Source: a virus (Duplodnaviria > Caudoviricetes). Taken from it: a DNA stretch of 64,000 nucleotides. This document shows, piece by piece, positions 33,306-43,912 of the stretch. Every line of letters begins with the position of its first letter. Position 1 is the first letter of the stretch. The stretch is from positions 1-64,000 of IMG/VR virus record IMGVR_UViG_3300031867_000013. The stretch is one strand, 5' to 3'. The notes under the pieces are model-generated. The model did not search any database. It had not been told where the DNA came from and was given only the letters and a program-made list of their open reading frames with translations. The position numbers were made by a program, and so were the translations under genes.

Positions 33306-34910
33306 TTAATAATTTGGGTCATATACTCCGCTTGTCTTGGTACTACCATCTGCACGACCAACCATTGTTGCCTTGTAATAGGGGTATGCAGGATGGTTCT
33401 CATAATCTGCTAAGAACCTTATAGTAAGGTTAAATGTTCCGAAGTCACTGGAAATCAATCCCGCAAAGTCCCCGTCGGGTTGGACGCGAACCTTCCAAGC
33501 CTCGATAATGTATTGACCGCCGATATTTGGGTCACCTACGAACAGAAGTTTGCCTCCGATTTCACCCGCACTAGAACCACTAACAGTAACAAAAGCACCT
33601 TCGGGGATAGTAGCAGTTACCATAACCATATCTCCTGCTTTTATTGTACTATTCGCAGGAATTTGTACTATACCACCACGTAGCATTTGTTCATCTATAA
33701 TATAATCTTTTCCTGCTACAAATTCTGATTTTGCGGCTTTTAGTTCTGCTTCTATCATTCCACCGCTTGCGGCAATAGAAGTAGTTGCAGTTACAGTAAA
33801 TGTCATTGTTGCTCCACTTGCTAGTGTAAATACTTCTGACATTGAACCACCTGTAGCTGTAAATGCCTGTGGTGCGCCAAGACCACCTTCGATTACTGTA
33901 AATTGTAATCCTGCAAGGTCTCCTGCGGCTGTTGTACCACTTGTAATATTTACATATACATTTTCATCATCAGTGCCACTAAATGTACCTGTTTTTAATT
34001 GAATTGTACCGCCTGCACTACCTGTACCCGCAGGAACAGCATTTGCTTCAAAGCCTGTAGAAACTACTGTAAATGTATCAGTTGCACCTACTGTAAATGT
34101 CATCTTGCAACCGTTTGAAAGTGTTACATCATAAGAAGTAGCTGTACTTGATACTGTATATGTAGTAGCTGAACCACCATCTTCTGTTACAGAAATTTCC
34201 ATACCGTCAAGGTCTCCTGCCGCAGTTGGAGCAGTTGTAACTTCTACTTCTACATTCATTGGTGCTGTACCTGTCATACCACTTACATCGAGTAGTACCT
34301 TACCGCCACCAGCAACATCTGTAAGCATTGTATCTGTTACAGTGTAATCTGTTGAACTAATTGCACTTGCATCAAACTTAAATGATGCAGGAACAGCTAC
34401 AGCATGATTATCTGTAAGAGTATCATTTGTTGCTGTAGTTGTACTCTTTGCATAATCAGCACTTACATTAGTCCATGCAAATTCAGCAGGAACAGGTGTA
34501 GTAAGACTGATTGTAAGATTTTCTACATTGTAGTATCTTTCACCATTATCATCTGTAATTTCTAATACGCCTGGTACAGAATTAACTTTATAACCCTTTA
34601 CAAGATTACTTGATGCTTGATTATGTACATTTTCTGTACCAAATAGACCAAGTGCCATATTGTAAGGATTATATTCTGTAAGTGTAAGAGTTGCAGATGG
34701 ACTTACTGCTGTTACTACAGAAGCCATTAATTCTCTACGCTTATTCATACTAGAGTTCTTTTCTACAGTTGTTACATCTGTAGTAATATTAAATTCGTCG
34801 CAATTTCCTAAATGGTGGAGACTTTTGTTGTTATCATCATCTCTTAAAAAGTATAATGCACCAGCACCAACCATTAAATCATTAGCGATACTTTGAGCTT
34901 GGTTAGCCAT
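33306..34910 (-). CDS. Major tail tube protein with inserted Thr-rich (Ig-like) domains
   Basis: MVGAGALYF..HLGNC and WKVRVQPDGD..LIS.DF motifs; position in module. Confidence 0.8.
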   Translation of the reverse strand: MANQAQSIANDLMVGAGALYFLRDDDNNKSLHHLGNCDEFNITTDVTTVEKNSSMNKRRELMASVVTAVSPSATLTLTEYNPYNMALGLFGTENVHNQASSNLVKGYKVNSVPGVLEITDDNGERYYNVENLTISLTTPVPAEFAWTNVSADYAKSTTTATNDTLTDNHAVAVPASFKFDASAISSTDYTVTDTMLTDVAGGGKVLLDVSGMTGTAPMNVEVEVTTAPTAAGDLDGMEISVTEDGGSATTYTVSSTATSYDVTLSNGCKMTFTVGATDTFTVVSTGFEANAVPAGTGSAGGTIQLKTGTFSGTDDENVYVNITSGTTAAGDLAGLQFTVIEGGLGAPQAFTATGGSMSEVFTLASGATMTFTVTATTSIAASGGMIEAELKAAKSEFVAGKDYIIDEQMLRGGIVQIPANSTIKAGDMVMVTATIPEGAFVTVSGSSAGEIGGKLLFVGDPNIGGQYIIEAWKVRVQPDGDFAGLISSDFGTFNLTIRFLADYENHPAYPYYKATMVGRADGSTKTSGVYDPNY

Positions 34911-35032
34911 TGTACTATCACTCCTTTATATACTTGTAAAATATTTTATACACGAACAAAACATTTTACTGTTAAAATTTTCTTTTTATATTTCTATATA
35001 TTATAACATATTTTGGATATTTTGTCAAGTTC

Positions 35033-35533
35033 TTATCTATTTTCATACCACTCTATATTACAAATAATTCTATTCATAGTATTTACAGGGGCATTTTCAT
35101 CACCATCACTAAATATGGCTGGTGTTGTAATATGTACTCCTAATCCATAATCTTTCTGTAATACTTTTTGGAACTCATATAACATATTCATAACATCTTG
35201 TGTTAATTGATACATTTGTCTATAACATATATCATCAAAATCTATTTCGTCTGTTTGACCGCCCTTGACGTATAAATCTATCCAAAATTGTACCATTGCA
35301 CCTATTCGTTGCGATTGATGATTTGTATCTTCTTCGCTACCAAATAATATCCATATTGCAGGAAATTCACCTACATTACCGCTACCTACCTTTATTTTTA
35401 GGTCATCTCTATCTACTAAATAATTAAAAGGTCTTTCTCCGTATTTAGTGTGATAGTTTTTTATAAAATCCCTAAGTCTGATTGCTATATCATACCATCT
35501 TAATTTCTTTAGCATGGAATCATCCTCTAACAT
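35033..35533 (-). CDS. Putative tail terminator/completion protein
   Basis: FPAIWI motif; position before tail tube. Confidence 0.55.
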   Translation of the reverse strand: MLEDDSMLKKLRWYDIAIRLRDFIKNYHTKYGERPFNYLVDRDDLKIKVGSGNVGEFPAIWILFGSEEDTNHQSQRIGAMVQFWIDLYVKGGQTDEIDFDDICYRQMYQLTQDVMNMLYEFQKVLQKDYGLGVHITTPAIFSDGDENAPVNTMNRIICNIEWYENR

Positions 35534-35534
35534 T

Positions 35535-35966
35535 TTAATTTCTTGCTATAGGAACTACCATTGGGAAAGTTCTCTTTTTAGCTTGTATTCCATCTGTAAA
35601 TGTTTCTGCGGTAAGTCCTTGTTCAAATTGGTCTAAAAGTTGTTTATAGTATTTATATTTTAAAGCAAATGAATCTAAGTTTGCATCTTTACCAACACTC
35701 ATTTGCGCTTTATATAAAGCAGTAAGTATATAAGCATAAAATAAAGCTATTTTAGATATTTTATACGGAGTTGGTATTGCTATTTGACTTGCTTTTACTC
35801 CAAAACTTAATGCCAATGCTTCTACATATTCAGATGATTCTTTTATTATTGCAGGAGTTACATATGTTTTTAATAATGAATCTCCTGTTGGCGTTTTTAA
35901 TAATAATGGGTCAAAATATGCTCTATATTCTTCTCCATCTACTATTATTGTATATGTACTTGCCAT
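35535..35966 (-). CDS. Putative head-tail adaptor
   Basis: Size and synteny. Confidence 0.5.
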   Translation of the reverse strand: MASTYTIIVDGEEYRAYFDPLLLKTPTGDSLLKTYVTPAIIKESSEYVEALALSFGVKASQIAIPTPYKISKIALFYAYILTALYKAQMSVGKDANLDSFALKYKYYKQLLDQFEQGLTAETFTDGIQAKKRTFPMVVPIARN

Positions 35967-35978
35967 TCAATCATCTCC

Positions 35979-36548
35979 TTAATTTAACTGTTTCATTTTA
36001 GTTCTTATGAGAAGCTGTAACTTATCTTCAAATATATTATCTATTTTAACTTTATTTTTTATATAAGCATTTCTTATATAATCTTCACCTTGTATACCTC
36101 TTATATACCCTTGACCATTTTTAGAATTGCTACTTACAGTAATCCATTTATCTCTATAATCACCATGTATACCTCTATAACGAAAAAAAGACGCTGGTTT
36201 CGGAACTATCTCCTTACCATACGCGCCATATAGTCCCGTTCCATATAATTGCCATTTAGCATAATCGGGTCGTGCGTCATCATAAATATAACCAACACTA
36301 CCATACCATGTTTCCATATCTTTAGACCTTGTACCGCTATATACATTATACCTTATTCCACTTGTCAATTTGCCTGTTACATCTTTATAATTATGATGTG
36401 TTCTTGCATAATCTCTTAATAATTTACATGAAGAACGTAGGGCGGCTTTCAAATACCGCCCTATTTCTTCACTTGTTAGAGTTATATCAGACAACTTGGC
36501 TCTGTCTATATAAGGTTTTACAGATAACTTAATTGTTCCTGTTGCCAT
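35979..36548 (-). CDS. HK97 gp10-like neck protein
   Basis: TGKLTSGI, YAKWQLYGTG motifs; basic. Confidence 0.7.
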   Translation of the reverse strand: MATGTIKLSVKPYIDRAKLSDITLTSEEIGRYLKAALRSSCKLLRDYARTHHNYKDVTGKLTSGIRYNVYSGTRSKDMETWYGSVGYIYDDARPDYAKWQLYGTGLYGAYGKEIVPKPASFFRYRGIHGDYRDKWITVSSNSKNGQGYIRGIQGEDYIRNAYIKNKVKIDNIFEDKLQLLIRTKMKQLN

Positions 36549-37606
36549 TAGTCAACATTCGCAATGAGGATGTCACCTGCTCCATCTTCTATATCAGCAC
36601 CAAAGGAAGGTAAGCAAATCTGTGAAACAATAACTTCTACATTTACAGGGTGGTCGATTGTACGGGTATAAACCGCAACACCTAAATCAACAATAGAAGT
36701 ATTGCTTGCAAACTTAGGATTGGTCTGTAAGTCAACTTCTTCTGGTGTAGTACCAAAAGTCATCTTACCAACAACACCGCCACGTGGCAGGAATGTTACA
36801 ACACCATCTGGGAAGAACTTAACTCCCTTACCACCAACCTTAACTGCATAAGTATTATCATTAAGCAGAATACGAATACCAACATAACGCTCAATAGCAT
36901 CTTTAATCTGCTGTGGTGTAACAATCTGCATAGCAACTGATGTAGCTGTTGGATATAGAATCTTACGAATTTCATCTGTTGCCTTAATAAGATTAAATGT
37001 CTTTGTATTCATTACTGCATATTCCATAACTACACCATACTTAGTACGGAAGTTATCAATCCAATCAATCATATCTTGAATTGGAGTTGCATTTGCACTA
37101 TCTGTCCACTTTGTAGAAGGTTTAACCTTCTGGTCTTTATTAAGATGATAATCATATTCCATATTTACGCCATTACCCTTGACAGAAATCTTACCTGTAG
37201 AGATAAGTTCCATTGCCATACGTTCACGGGCGGCTCTTGCACCACGAATAAGATTATTCGTGTCATCAAAAATACGGGGAATATAAGCCTTTAGAATTGA
37301 ATCTTGGCTAATCATCATAATCTGCTGACGAGTAGTTTCGTCGATTTTCATTCTTTCACGGAACAGAGGCATATTAGTCTTTTCAACTGAAATGCTTAGT
37401 CTGTCGCGATAAGTTGCTTCTGTGTCAAACGCACTAGGAACTAACTGAACTGGTAATCCTGCGCGTCCACTAACTTTATTAAGTTCAAGACCCTGTACCT
37501 TTTCAGCAGGGAAAAGCATTTCGCCCATATATAAAGACTGATTAGCCTTACGAGCGTCCCAATATGCTGAAATATTAGCAGGGGTAACTAATTCCATAAT
37601 ATTCAT
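36548..37606 (-). CDS. Major capsid protein (lambda E-like)
   Basis: LFP..., SAFD, ERMAMELISTGKI, FGTTPEE, VSQICLPSF motifs; highly expressed codon bias. Confidence 0.9.
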   Translation of the reverse strand: MNIMELVTPANISAYWDARKANQSLYMGEMLFPAEKVQGLELNKVSGRAGLPVQLVPSAFDTEATYRDRLSISVEKTNMPLFRERMKIDETTRQQIMMISQDSILKAYIPRIFDDTNNLIRGARAARERMAMELISTGKISVKGNGVNMEYDYHLNKDQKVKPSTKWTDSANATPIQDMIDWIDNFRTKYGVVMEYAVMNTKTFNLIKATDEIRKILYPTATSVAMQIVTPQQIKDAIERYVGIRILLNDNTYAVKVGGKGVKFFPDGVVTFLPRGGVVGKMTFGTTPEEVDLQTNPKFASNTSIVDLGVAVYTRTIDHPVNVEVIVSQICLPSFGADIEDGAGDILIANVD

Positions 37607-37632
37607 TAGTATCGTCCCTTCCTTTCGTCTAA

Positions 37633-38397
37633 TTAGTCCCTACGACCAAATATAATATGTGGTAACTTAGCTTTAAGTGCCGCACCTGGTTCAGTTGCAA
37701 GATTATCAACATTGATAACACCCTTAATAATCATAGCACCTGTAGCTTCACCCATTGTAACATCAACAGAATGATAAAGAATACCATCAATATCACTTGA
37801 AACTGTTTCAGTACCGCCACCAGCGGTTTCTACTGCACTTGCGCCTGTTTCTTCAACAACAACTTCATCTTCATAACCATCAACAAGTTCTGCTTTTACA
37901 AGGCTATTAACAACCATATCATCATTAATAAGCTGTACAAGCTGACCATATGTAGTTAAAACATCGTCATCATCGTCGACTGCAAGTTTAATTGTAACTG
38001 TAGTAGTTGCACTTGCATATGCAATAGAAGCAACTGCTGTAGTACCCTTACTAATATCAAACTTATAAGCAAGGTCTCCAGACTTCTTTGCTGTTACAAC
38101 AACTGTACCTGTTGAAGAAGCACCTGTAACTCCTGTACCTAACTTTGCACTAGCAAGAACTTCTGTAGGAATTACTGCTACTGCTTTCTGATTTGGATTT
38201 AGGAGTAGGCTTTCCCCATTTTCACCATATAAATAAGTACCCGCAGGAATAATATAATGACCCTTATCGTCGGGGACAAGTCCTGCAATCGTTGACTGAT
38301 CTACAGTGACAGGACGGGCAACATAACCATCATAGATTAACAGCAGTTCCTTATCAAAACCATCAACGGCTTTCATTTGAAAATTTATCATTTTCAT
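37633..38397 (-). CDS. Head decoration protein
   Basis: IIPAGT and GILYHSVDVT.G...GAMIIKG.INVD.L motifs; upstream of MCP. Confidence 0.75.
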   Translation of the reverse strand: MKMINFQMKAVDGFDKELLLIYDGYVARPVTVDQSTIAGLVPDDKGHYIIPAGTYLYGENGESLLLNPNQKAVAVIPTEVLASAKLGTGVTGASSTGTVVVTAKKSGDLAYKFDISKGTTAVASIAYASATTTVTIKLAVDDDDDVLTTYGQLVQLINDDMVVNSLVKAELVDGYEDEVVVEETGASAVETAGGGTETVSSDIDGILYHSVDVTMGEATGAMIIKGVINVDNLATEPGAALKAKLPHIIFGRRD

Positions 38398-38451
38398 TCC
38401 ACCTTTCTAAAGATTTTTTATTTCATTTTCAGATATTTCATACTGAAAACA

Positions 38452-39213
38452 TTAACCAAACATTTCACTTAATGATGTAGAACCTTCACCTTTAGTTTGT
38501 GCTTGTGCTTCTAATACTGCTTGCATAATAGAAGATACTCCGCTATTATCTTTAGAACCACCTTTACCACCAACACCTGTACCCATACCACCTAGTACGT
38601 CTTTCTTTACAAATTCGGGATTTGCTTTCGCCCAATCTGCTACTGCATCTGCTACTGAAAGTTCATTTCCTGCATCGTCTTTTAGGGTTACAGTTACTTC
38701 ATCTTTATCAATAGTTGCCTTATTCATAAAATAATCCATAAACTGTTCGGGCTTAATTACATTATGTGCCTGTAATGCTTTATTTATTGCGTCACGCTTT
38801 ACACCATTTATACGATGTGTCTTTTCTGTAGTAAGCTGTTCTGTAAGTTCTGCAAGTTGCTTATCCTTTGTAGCTACGTCACGCTGAAACTTTGTAACTT
38901 CCCTACGAAGATTTTTAAGTTCTTCGGGAGTTGCACCGCCACCCGCTTCTTTAATCATAGCGTCTTTTACATCATCAAGCATAGCGTCAAAATCTTCTGC
39001 TTCTGCATTAAAATTAAATGCCTTTGAAACAATATCAAACTTTTCAAGAATAGGCTTATTTTCCTCTATCTGTGCTTCTAATGTTTCAATCTTCTTTGCA
39101 GAATCTTTCTGCGCCTTACTCATAGCATTATACTCTTTCTTCAAGATACCAAACTTTTCCTTATTTTCTTCGGTATCAAGACCTAATGCTTTAGATAGTT
39201 CTTCTAATGTCAT
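38452..39213 (-). CDS. Capsid scaffolding protein
   Basis: Acidic coiled coil with W...NPEF and Gly-rich tail; between portal and head genes. Confidence 0.7.
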   Translation of the reverse strand: MTLEELSKALGLDTEENKEKFGILKKEYNAMSKAQKDSAKKIETLEAQIEENKPILEKFDIVSKAFNFNAEAEDFDAMLDDVKDAMIKEAGGGATPEELKNLRREVTKFQRDVATKDKQLAELTEQLTTEKTHRINGVKRDAINKALQAHNVIKPEQFMDYFMNKATIDKDEVTVTLKDDAGNELSVADAVADWAKANPEFVKKDVLGGMGTGVGGKGGSKDNSGVSSIMQAVLEAQAQTKGEGSTSLSEMFG

Positions 39214-39322
39214 ATTAAATTACCTCCTATATATTTGTCTGATATATTTACCTTCTATATAACATTATGATGTATTATACCATAAATGTTTATATTTGTC
39301 AATATTTATATGTCAATACAAC

Positions 39323-40843
39323 TTAAACTTGTGTACCTGTAGAAGAAGGTTGAACCAATTTTGCTTCTGATTCTAAACCATCTTCTGCCGTTGGTGTATT
39401 TTGTAAATCCTGTATAATTTTATCTACAGCATCAGAATCTATATCTTTTAATGTAGCACGTATTACTTGTTCTTTTAGAGCAACATTATAACTACCACAA
39501 ATATTTAATGCAAGTGCTTGTGTAGCATTTGTAAGAACTGCTGTGGAATCTACAATACCATACTGATTGTTATATGTAATTGATATATTATCCATACTTT
39601 CACCCATATAACGAGAAAATACTCTAGCAATTTTATATTCAGCTTCTTGTAATCCCTGCGCCAATTCTGCTATAGTTTGAAATAAATTTTGTGAATCCCA
39701 CTCTTTAGCTAATCCACTAACATTATATTGATTTACACCTGTAACTAATTGTAAATTAGCCATACGATATATTTCTTTAATCATAAAATTAATCTCATTT
39801 AATAAAACATCACTTGCATCTGTAGGTGGAGTTATAAATTGTGGGTGTGCAGACCCATTTGCTTTATATAATATCATATCTGCTGTACCATATTGTAATG
39901 GTTCATCTCCACTATTATAATCATCATCTTCTGCAACAGGATATATAAGAAGGCTGAACGCTTGGTTACGCCCTAATTCTCTTAATTCTGAGCACACATT
40001 AAACATAGCATAATTTGTTCTTGCTATCGCATATACATCTGATTGCGGTATTAAAGTATCACTATCATTTATTGCTCCATATAAAGGTACAATAGGAATA
40101 ATACCTAATGGATTTACAATCTTTCTTTTTTCTTCACCTTGAATTTGTCTTATACAATAATTATTTGTCCATATATAAGTTTCTCCTAAAGATTTTATAT
40201 TTCCTTCATCATCTACAAAATTACTTGTAATAGTATATGAAAAATAAATAAGATTACCAAATTTATCTAACGCCCAATTATTTACCTGTGAAGGAGAAAC
40301 GAGATACAAATATGGATATAGTCTTTGTTCTATTATATCTTTTTCTGTTACTATTTGTCCTTCTTCTAACTGTTCCATGTCTACTACTATAAATTCTACA
40401 CCGTGAAGTTTTGCTCTTATTGCCGCTTTCTTCATAAATCGTGTAAGAGTAGTTCCATTACCATCTACATCTTTTATAAACTGTTCATATGTAGATGATA
40501 ATCCTTGACGGATAGGTTTATTCTTAAAAATAGGATTTACATGACTATCTACTACAGGTTTTACATAGTTAATATAATAAGACATATTTTTACGCCTTAC
40601 ATATTTTTCTGCTAATTCTCTTGGGTGTGGAATTAAATAACTTCCATCTTCAAATCCACCACTAGCCCTATAAGAATTATCTAATAGTTCATATTTATTT
40701 ACAAGAACACCATTATAGCTTGCGGCTTCATATATTTTCTTTAATTCATTACTCATAAATTGCTCTGTACCTATAAATGTTTGCTCTCTTATTGTATTTC
40801 CTAATTTTAATCTTCTTGCTATTTCTGCCATTTCCTTTATCAC
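39323..40843 (-). CDS. Portal protein
   Basis: YINYVKPVVD, NPLGIIPIVP, SGLAKEWD; follows TerL. Confidence 0.85.
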   Translation of the reverse strand: MIKEMAEIARRLKLGNTIREQTFIGTEQFMSNELKKIYEAASYNGVLVNKYELLDNSYRASGGFEDGSYLIPHPRELAEKYVRRKNMSYYINYVKPVVDSHVNPIFKNKPIRQGLSSTYEQFIKDVDGNGTTLTRFMKKAAIRAKLHGVEFIVVDMEQLEEGQIVTEKDIIEQRLYPYLYLVSPSQVNNWALDKFGNLIYFSYTITSNFVDDEGNIKSLGETYIWTNNYCIRQIQGEEKRKIVNPLGIIPIVPLYGAINDSDTLIPQSDVYAIARTNYAMFNVCSELRELGRNQAFSLLIYPVAEDDDYNSGDEPLQYGTADMILYKANGSAHPQFITPPTDASDVLLNEINFMIKEIYRMANLQLVTGVNQYNVSGLAKEWDSQNLFQTIAELAQGLQEAEYKIARVFSRYMGESMDNISITYNNQYGIVDSTAVLTNATQALALNICGSYNVALKEQVIRATLKDIDSDAVDKIIQDLQNTPTAEDGLESEAKLVQPSSTGTQV

Positions 40844-40851
40844 CTACCTTA

Positions 40852-42198
40852 TTATATACCTATATTCTTTGCGGCATCTTTTATCTTATTCTTATCTTTT
40901 AATTTCTCTACTGCATACCTCATGCTGTCCACACAATGGTCATTACGTTTGAGAGGACGGTCAATACCTCTTTCTTGTGCTTTATCGTCCCATACATATG
41001 TATTTATTTCTCTTAATAAATTTTTACATTCTGTAGATACTTTTAATTTTCCTTCTGCTATATATGTAGCTACATCTCTTATACCATCTATAACAGAGTT
41101 TCTTGCATCTTTTGTTCTCATACCACTTCTATGTAATTGAACTTTGAAACTTGCCGCCGCAGGGTCTACAACAATATCCATTTTATTAAATGGTATTTGC
41201 GTATATTCATATGTTTGACCTAAAAACTCTACCATATCATCTGCAAATTCTAAATCAGTTTTTTGTGTATCATAATTACCGTGTTCATTCGCTTCTGCAC
41301 GACCTTCAAAATAATATTCTCTAACACAATATAATATTCCATTAAATGTTTTCATCCACAACGTAAAAACTGTAGCATTTCCTGTACCATAGTCTACACC
41401 AACGCACCATTTTATTGCTTCATCATAAGGAACTTCATCGGGTCTTACTACATTCTTCTCATTTGTAAACATATCATATATTCTACCCTCTGCTGATACC
41501 CATTTCCCTAAAATATATCTTGAATAGAATACACCACCATACATTTTCTTATATCGCTCTTTTACTTTATCAGATAATGATAAATTATCATCCATAGTAA
41601 AATGAACATATAAACCATTTTTATTATCTAATTGTTGCAATACATTTTTATAAAACCAATGATAAGGCCCAGCAGGATTACAATTACAAAAACATTTTGC
41701 ACCCTCTACCGATAATCTTGCAGTTGCTTGATTAAAAAATGATTCTGGTAATAGAGCGATTTCGTCCATTAGAACCGAGCAGAGTGTCATGCCCTGTATA
41801 TAATCTTGTGAAGATTCATCTTTAGCACCTGCGATGTATATATAATTAGTTATATCACCTTTAGAAACTTCTATATAATTTTCGCTACGATGTTCTAAAC
41901 AATTATATCCTAATGTTAATAACATTTGCTTTAATGGATTTAATACATTTCTTCTAAATGTTCCTACTGATTTTCCTGCCATTAATGCGTCTTGTTGATT
42001 AAAATTATTCATTACAAACATTACAAAAGATAATGCCATGCAAATTGTCTTACCAGACCTTATTGCACCGTCAGCAATAACCATAAACTTATCTTTTACA
42101 GGACTATCTTTGTGCCACCAATTTAATATCTTTTTCTGTTTTTCCGAAAAAGGTTGAAATTGAAAACCTTTTACCTTCCTTTTTTTACTATTTGCCAC
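40852..42198 (-). CDS. terL: Terminase large subunit (PBSX-like)
   Basis: Walker A DGAIRSGKT, Walker B LMDE, CNP, VDYG, NDHCVDSMRY. Confidence 0.95.
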   Translation of the reverse strand: MANSKKRKVKGFQFQPFSEKQKKILNWWHKDSPVKDKFMVIADGAIRSGKTICMALSFVMFVMNNFNQQDALMAGKSVGTFRRNVLNPLKQMLLTLGYNCLEHRSENYIEVSKGDITNYIYIAGAKDESSQDYIQGMTLCSVLMDEIALLPESFFNQATARLSVEGAKCFCNCNPAGPYHWFYKNVLQQLDNKNGLYVHFTMDDNLSLSDKVKERYKKMYGGVFYSRYILGKWVSAEGRIYDMFTNEKNVVRPDEVPYDEAIKWCVGVDYGTGNATVFTLWMKTFNGILYCVREYYFEGRAEANEHGNYDTQKTDLEFADDMVEFLGQTYEYTQIPFNKMDIVVDPAAASFKVQLHRSGMRTKDARNSVIDGIRDVATYIAEGKLKVSTECKNLLREINTYVWDDKAQERGIDRPLKRNDHCVDSMRYAVEKLKDKNKIKDAAKNIGI

Positions 42199-42214
42199 GA
42201 TATATCACACCTAA

Positions 42215-43033
42215 TTAATCATCTTCTTTTAATGTTTCATTTAAGTCTGCATTTATATCTTCATTTCCCCACGAACTCTTAGAACTTTCACCTAATGCAG
42301 AAAGTATATTACTATCAATATTTTCTTCAACTTTCTTTTGTGCTTTCCACTCAAAGAAATTCCTTATATTTTCCCACGCTTTCATCTTATCGGGTAATTG
42401 AATAGTGATACCATCTTTTCCTTGTTTAATTGAAACAATTATACTTGTATCTACTGTATCGCTATCTACTAAATGCATACGATTTACTTTCTTAAATTTT
42501 TGTTCTCCTGTATCTGGGTCAAATCTTAATGTACCATCTACATTATATTCTGGTATTTCTTCTTCACTAAATTTGATATAATCACCTATATCTGCATTTG
42601 CTATTTTTAATTGTGTTTCTATATATTTTGATGGGTCTATTTCATATCCTATTGTTAATATTTTCTTTAATTTCTTTATAGCATTTTGTATATTTGATTT
42701 ATTTAATAATCTATAACCATATAATGATGCTAACTTCTTATCCCCACCAAAAGATTTTAAGTATGCTTGCGTAGCATTTGTAGATTCTAAATAGTATAGT
42801 ACAAAATCTTGTTGTTTTGGTGTAAGACCTAATCCAACTAATTCATCTACTATTTTATCATTTACTTGATCTTTTCTTATATTTTCTGACCTTCTAAAAT
42901 CATCGTATATATCTTCTACGTCCACATCTTCTTTTCGTGGTCTGCCACGTTTAGGCTTTATTTCTATATTCTTTTCTTCTAACTTTTCATCTATATTTTC
43001 TTTTAAATTATCTGTTAGATATGTTTCTGCCAT
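42215..43033 (-). CDS. terS: Terminase small subunit
   Basis: LTPKQQDFVLYY...NATQAY HTH; ADIGDY; DKMKA. Confidence 0.9.
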   Translation of the reverse strand: MAETYLTDNLKENIDEKLEEKNIEIKPKRGRPRKEDVDVEDIYDDFRRSENIRKDQVNDKIVDELVGLGLTPKQQDFVLYYLESTNATQAYLKSFGGDKKLASLYGYRLLNKSNIQNAIKKLKKILTIGYEIDPSKYIETQLKIANADIGDYIKFSEEEIPEYNVDGTLRFDPDTGEQKFKKVNRMHLVDSDTVDTSIIVSIKQGKDGITIQLPDKMKAWENIRNFFEWKAQKKVEENIDSNILSALGESSKSSWGNEDINADLNETLKEDD

Positions 43034-43140
43034 TTATTAGACACTCCTTTCTTATATAAAAATATTATAATTTACTTAAAAATTATCTTATATTATATCA
43101 TATTTTTACACATTTGTCAAGCCTTAAAAATAGACATACT

Positions 43141-43167
43141 AAAAGCCCCCAACGGACGGGGGCTTTT
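43141..43167. terminator. Bidirectional intrinsic terminator closing the RNA cluster
   Basis: AAAAGCCCCC...GGGGGCTTTT. Confidence 0.75.
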
Positions 43168-43236
43168 AGCTGTAAAGGAGATGTTAAAAATGAAGGATAG
43201 CTTTAAGGCAATTACCTTATCGCCACCATATTATAT

Positions 43237-43311
43237 TGGCGGGAAATAAGATAATCGAAATCTTGTCTTTAGATTGACAATCTAATATTCTAACCACTGA
43301 ACTAATTTCCC
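43237..43311 (-). tRNA. tRNA-Asp(GTC)
   Basis: Cloverleaf; anticodon arm TTAGA-TTGTCAA-TCTAA; CCA end. Confidence 0.85.
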
Positions 43312-43322
43312 GTTATATACAT

Positions 43323-43394
43323 TGGATGCGGCGGCTGGTAACGCTCCAGCTTAATCTAGCCCATGAAACTAGACGGGTTCTTAACCTCACCGCG
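43323..43394 (-). tRNA. Atypical tRNA(CAT), Met/fMet-like
   Basis: CTAGT-TTCATGG-GCTAG arm; C1:A72 mismatch; non-canonical T loop AGCGTTA; CCA end. Confidence 0.65.
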
Positions 43395-43399
43395 ATTAG

Positions 43400-43645
43400 T
43401 GGGCGTATTATAAATCATAATTGTAAACTTCTTACGCCTAAAGTTTTATTTTGAATAAGAGCGCGTCTTACCGATATTGCCTTGTTCCTATTATCGCGCT
43501 GATTAATAGTCATGGAGAGAACCACTTTCGCAATTCTCCCAAGTATATATCCGCAAATATATACCCCAATTAATATTTTAAGACGTATAACACACAAACT
43601 TCTGTCTTTCTGCCTTTCTGAATATATTTAGGCTTTATACACCCA
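43400..43645 (-). ncRNA. Unassigned ~245-nt structured RNA
   Basis: End-to-end stem TGGGTGTAT/ATACGCCCA plus several internal hairpins; lies between tRNAs; no convincing ORF. Confidence 0.55.
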
Positions 43646-43740
43646 TACTAAGCAAAGTTTTACTGATTATGCTAATATAATTGCCTAACTACTATATAGC
43701 ATTTCGTGTGAAATATTTATTTTAAGTTAAGATGTTTCTT

Positions 43741-43815
43741 TGGTAGGGACGATGAGAATCGAACTCATGTTGATGGTTTATAAGACCATTATACTCACCA
43801 TTGTATTACGTCCCA
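43741..43815 (-). tRNA. tRNA-Ile(TAT)
   Basis: ATGGT-CTTATAA-ACCAT arm; T loop TTCGATT; CCA end. Confidence 0.85.
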
Positions 43816-43849
43816 ATATTATATACATATTAAATGTTTTATACATTAC

Positions 43850-43912
43850 TACAAGATGCTTTTACATTCATCTTCACCCAAGAATTTGTAAAATAATTGC
43901 TGTTAGCATCTT
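43850..43912 (-). ncRNA. ACAGCAA-stem RNA element 1
   Basis: AAGATGC-TA-ACAGCAA...GCATCTT-GTA with inner TTTTACA/TGTAAAA stem. Confidence 0.7.
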
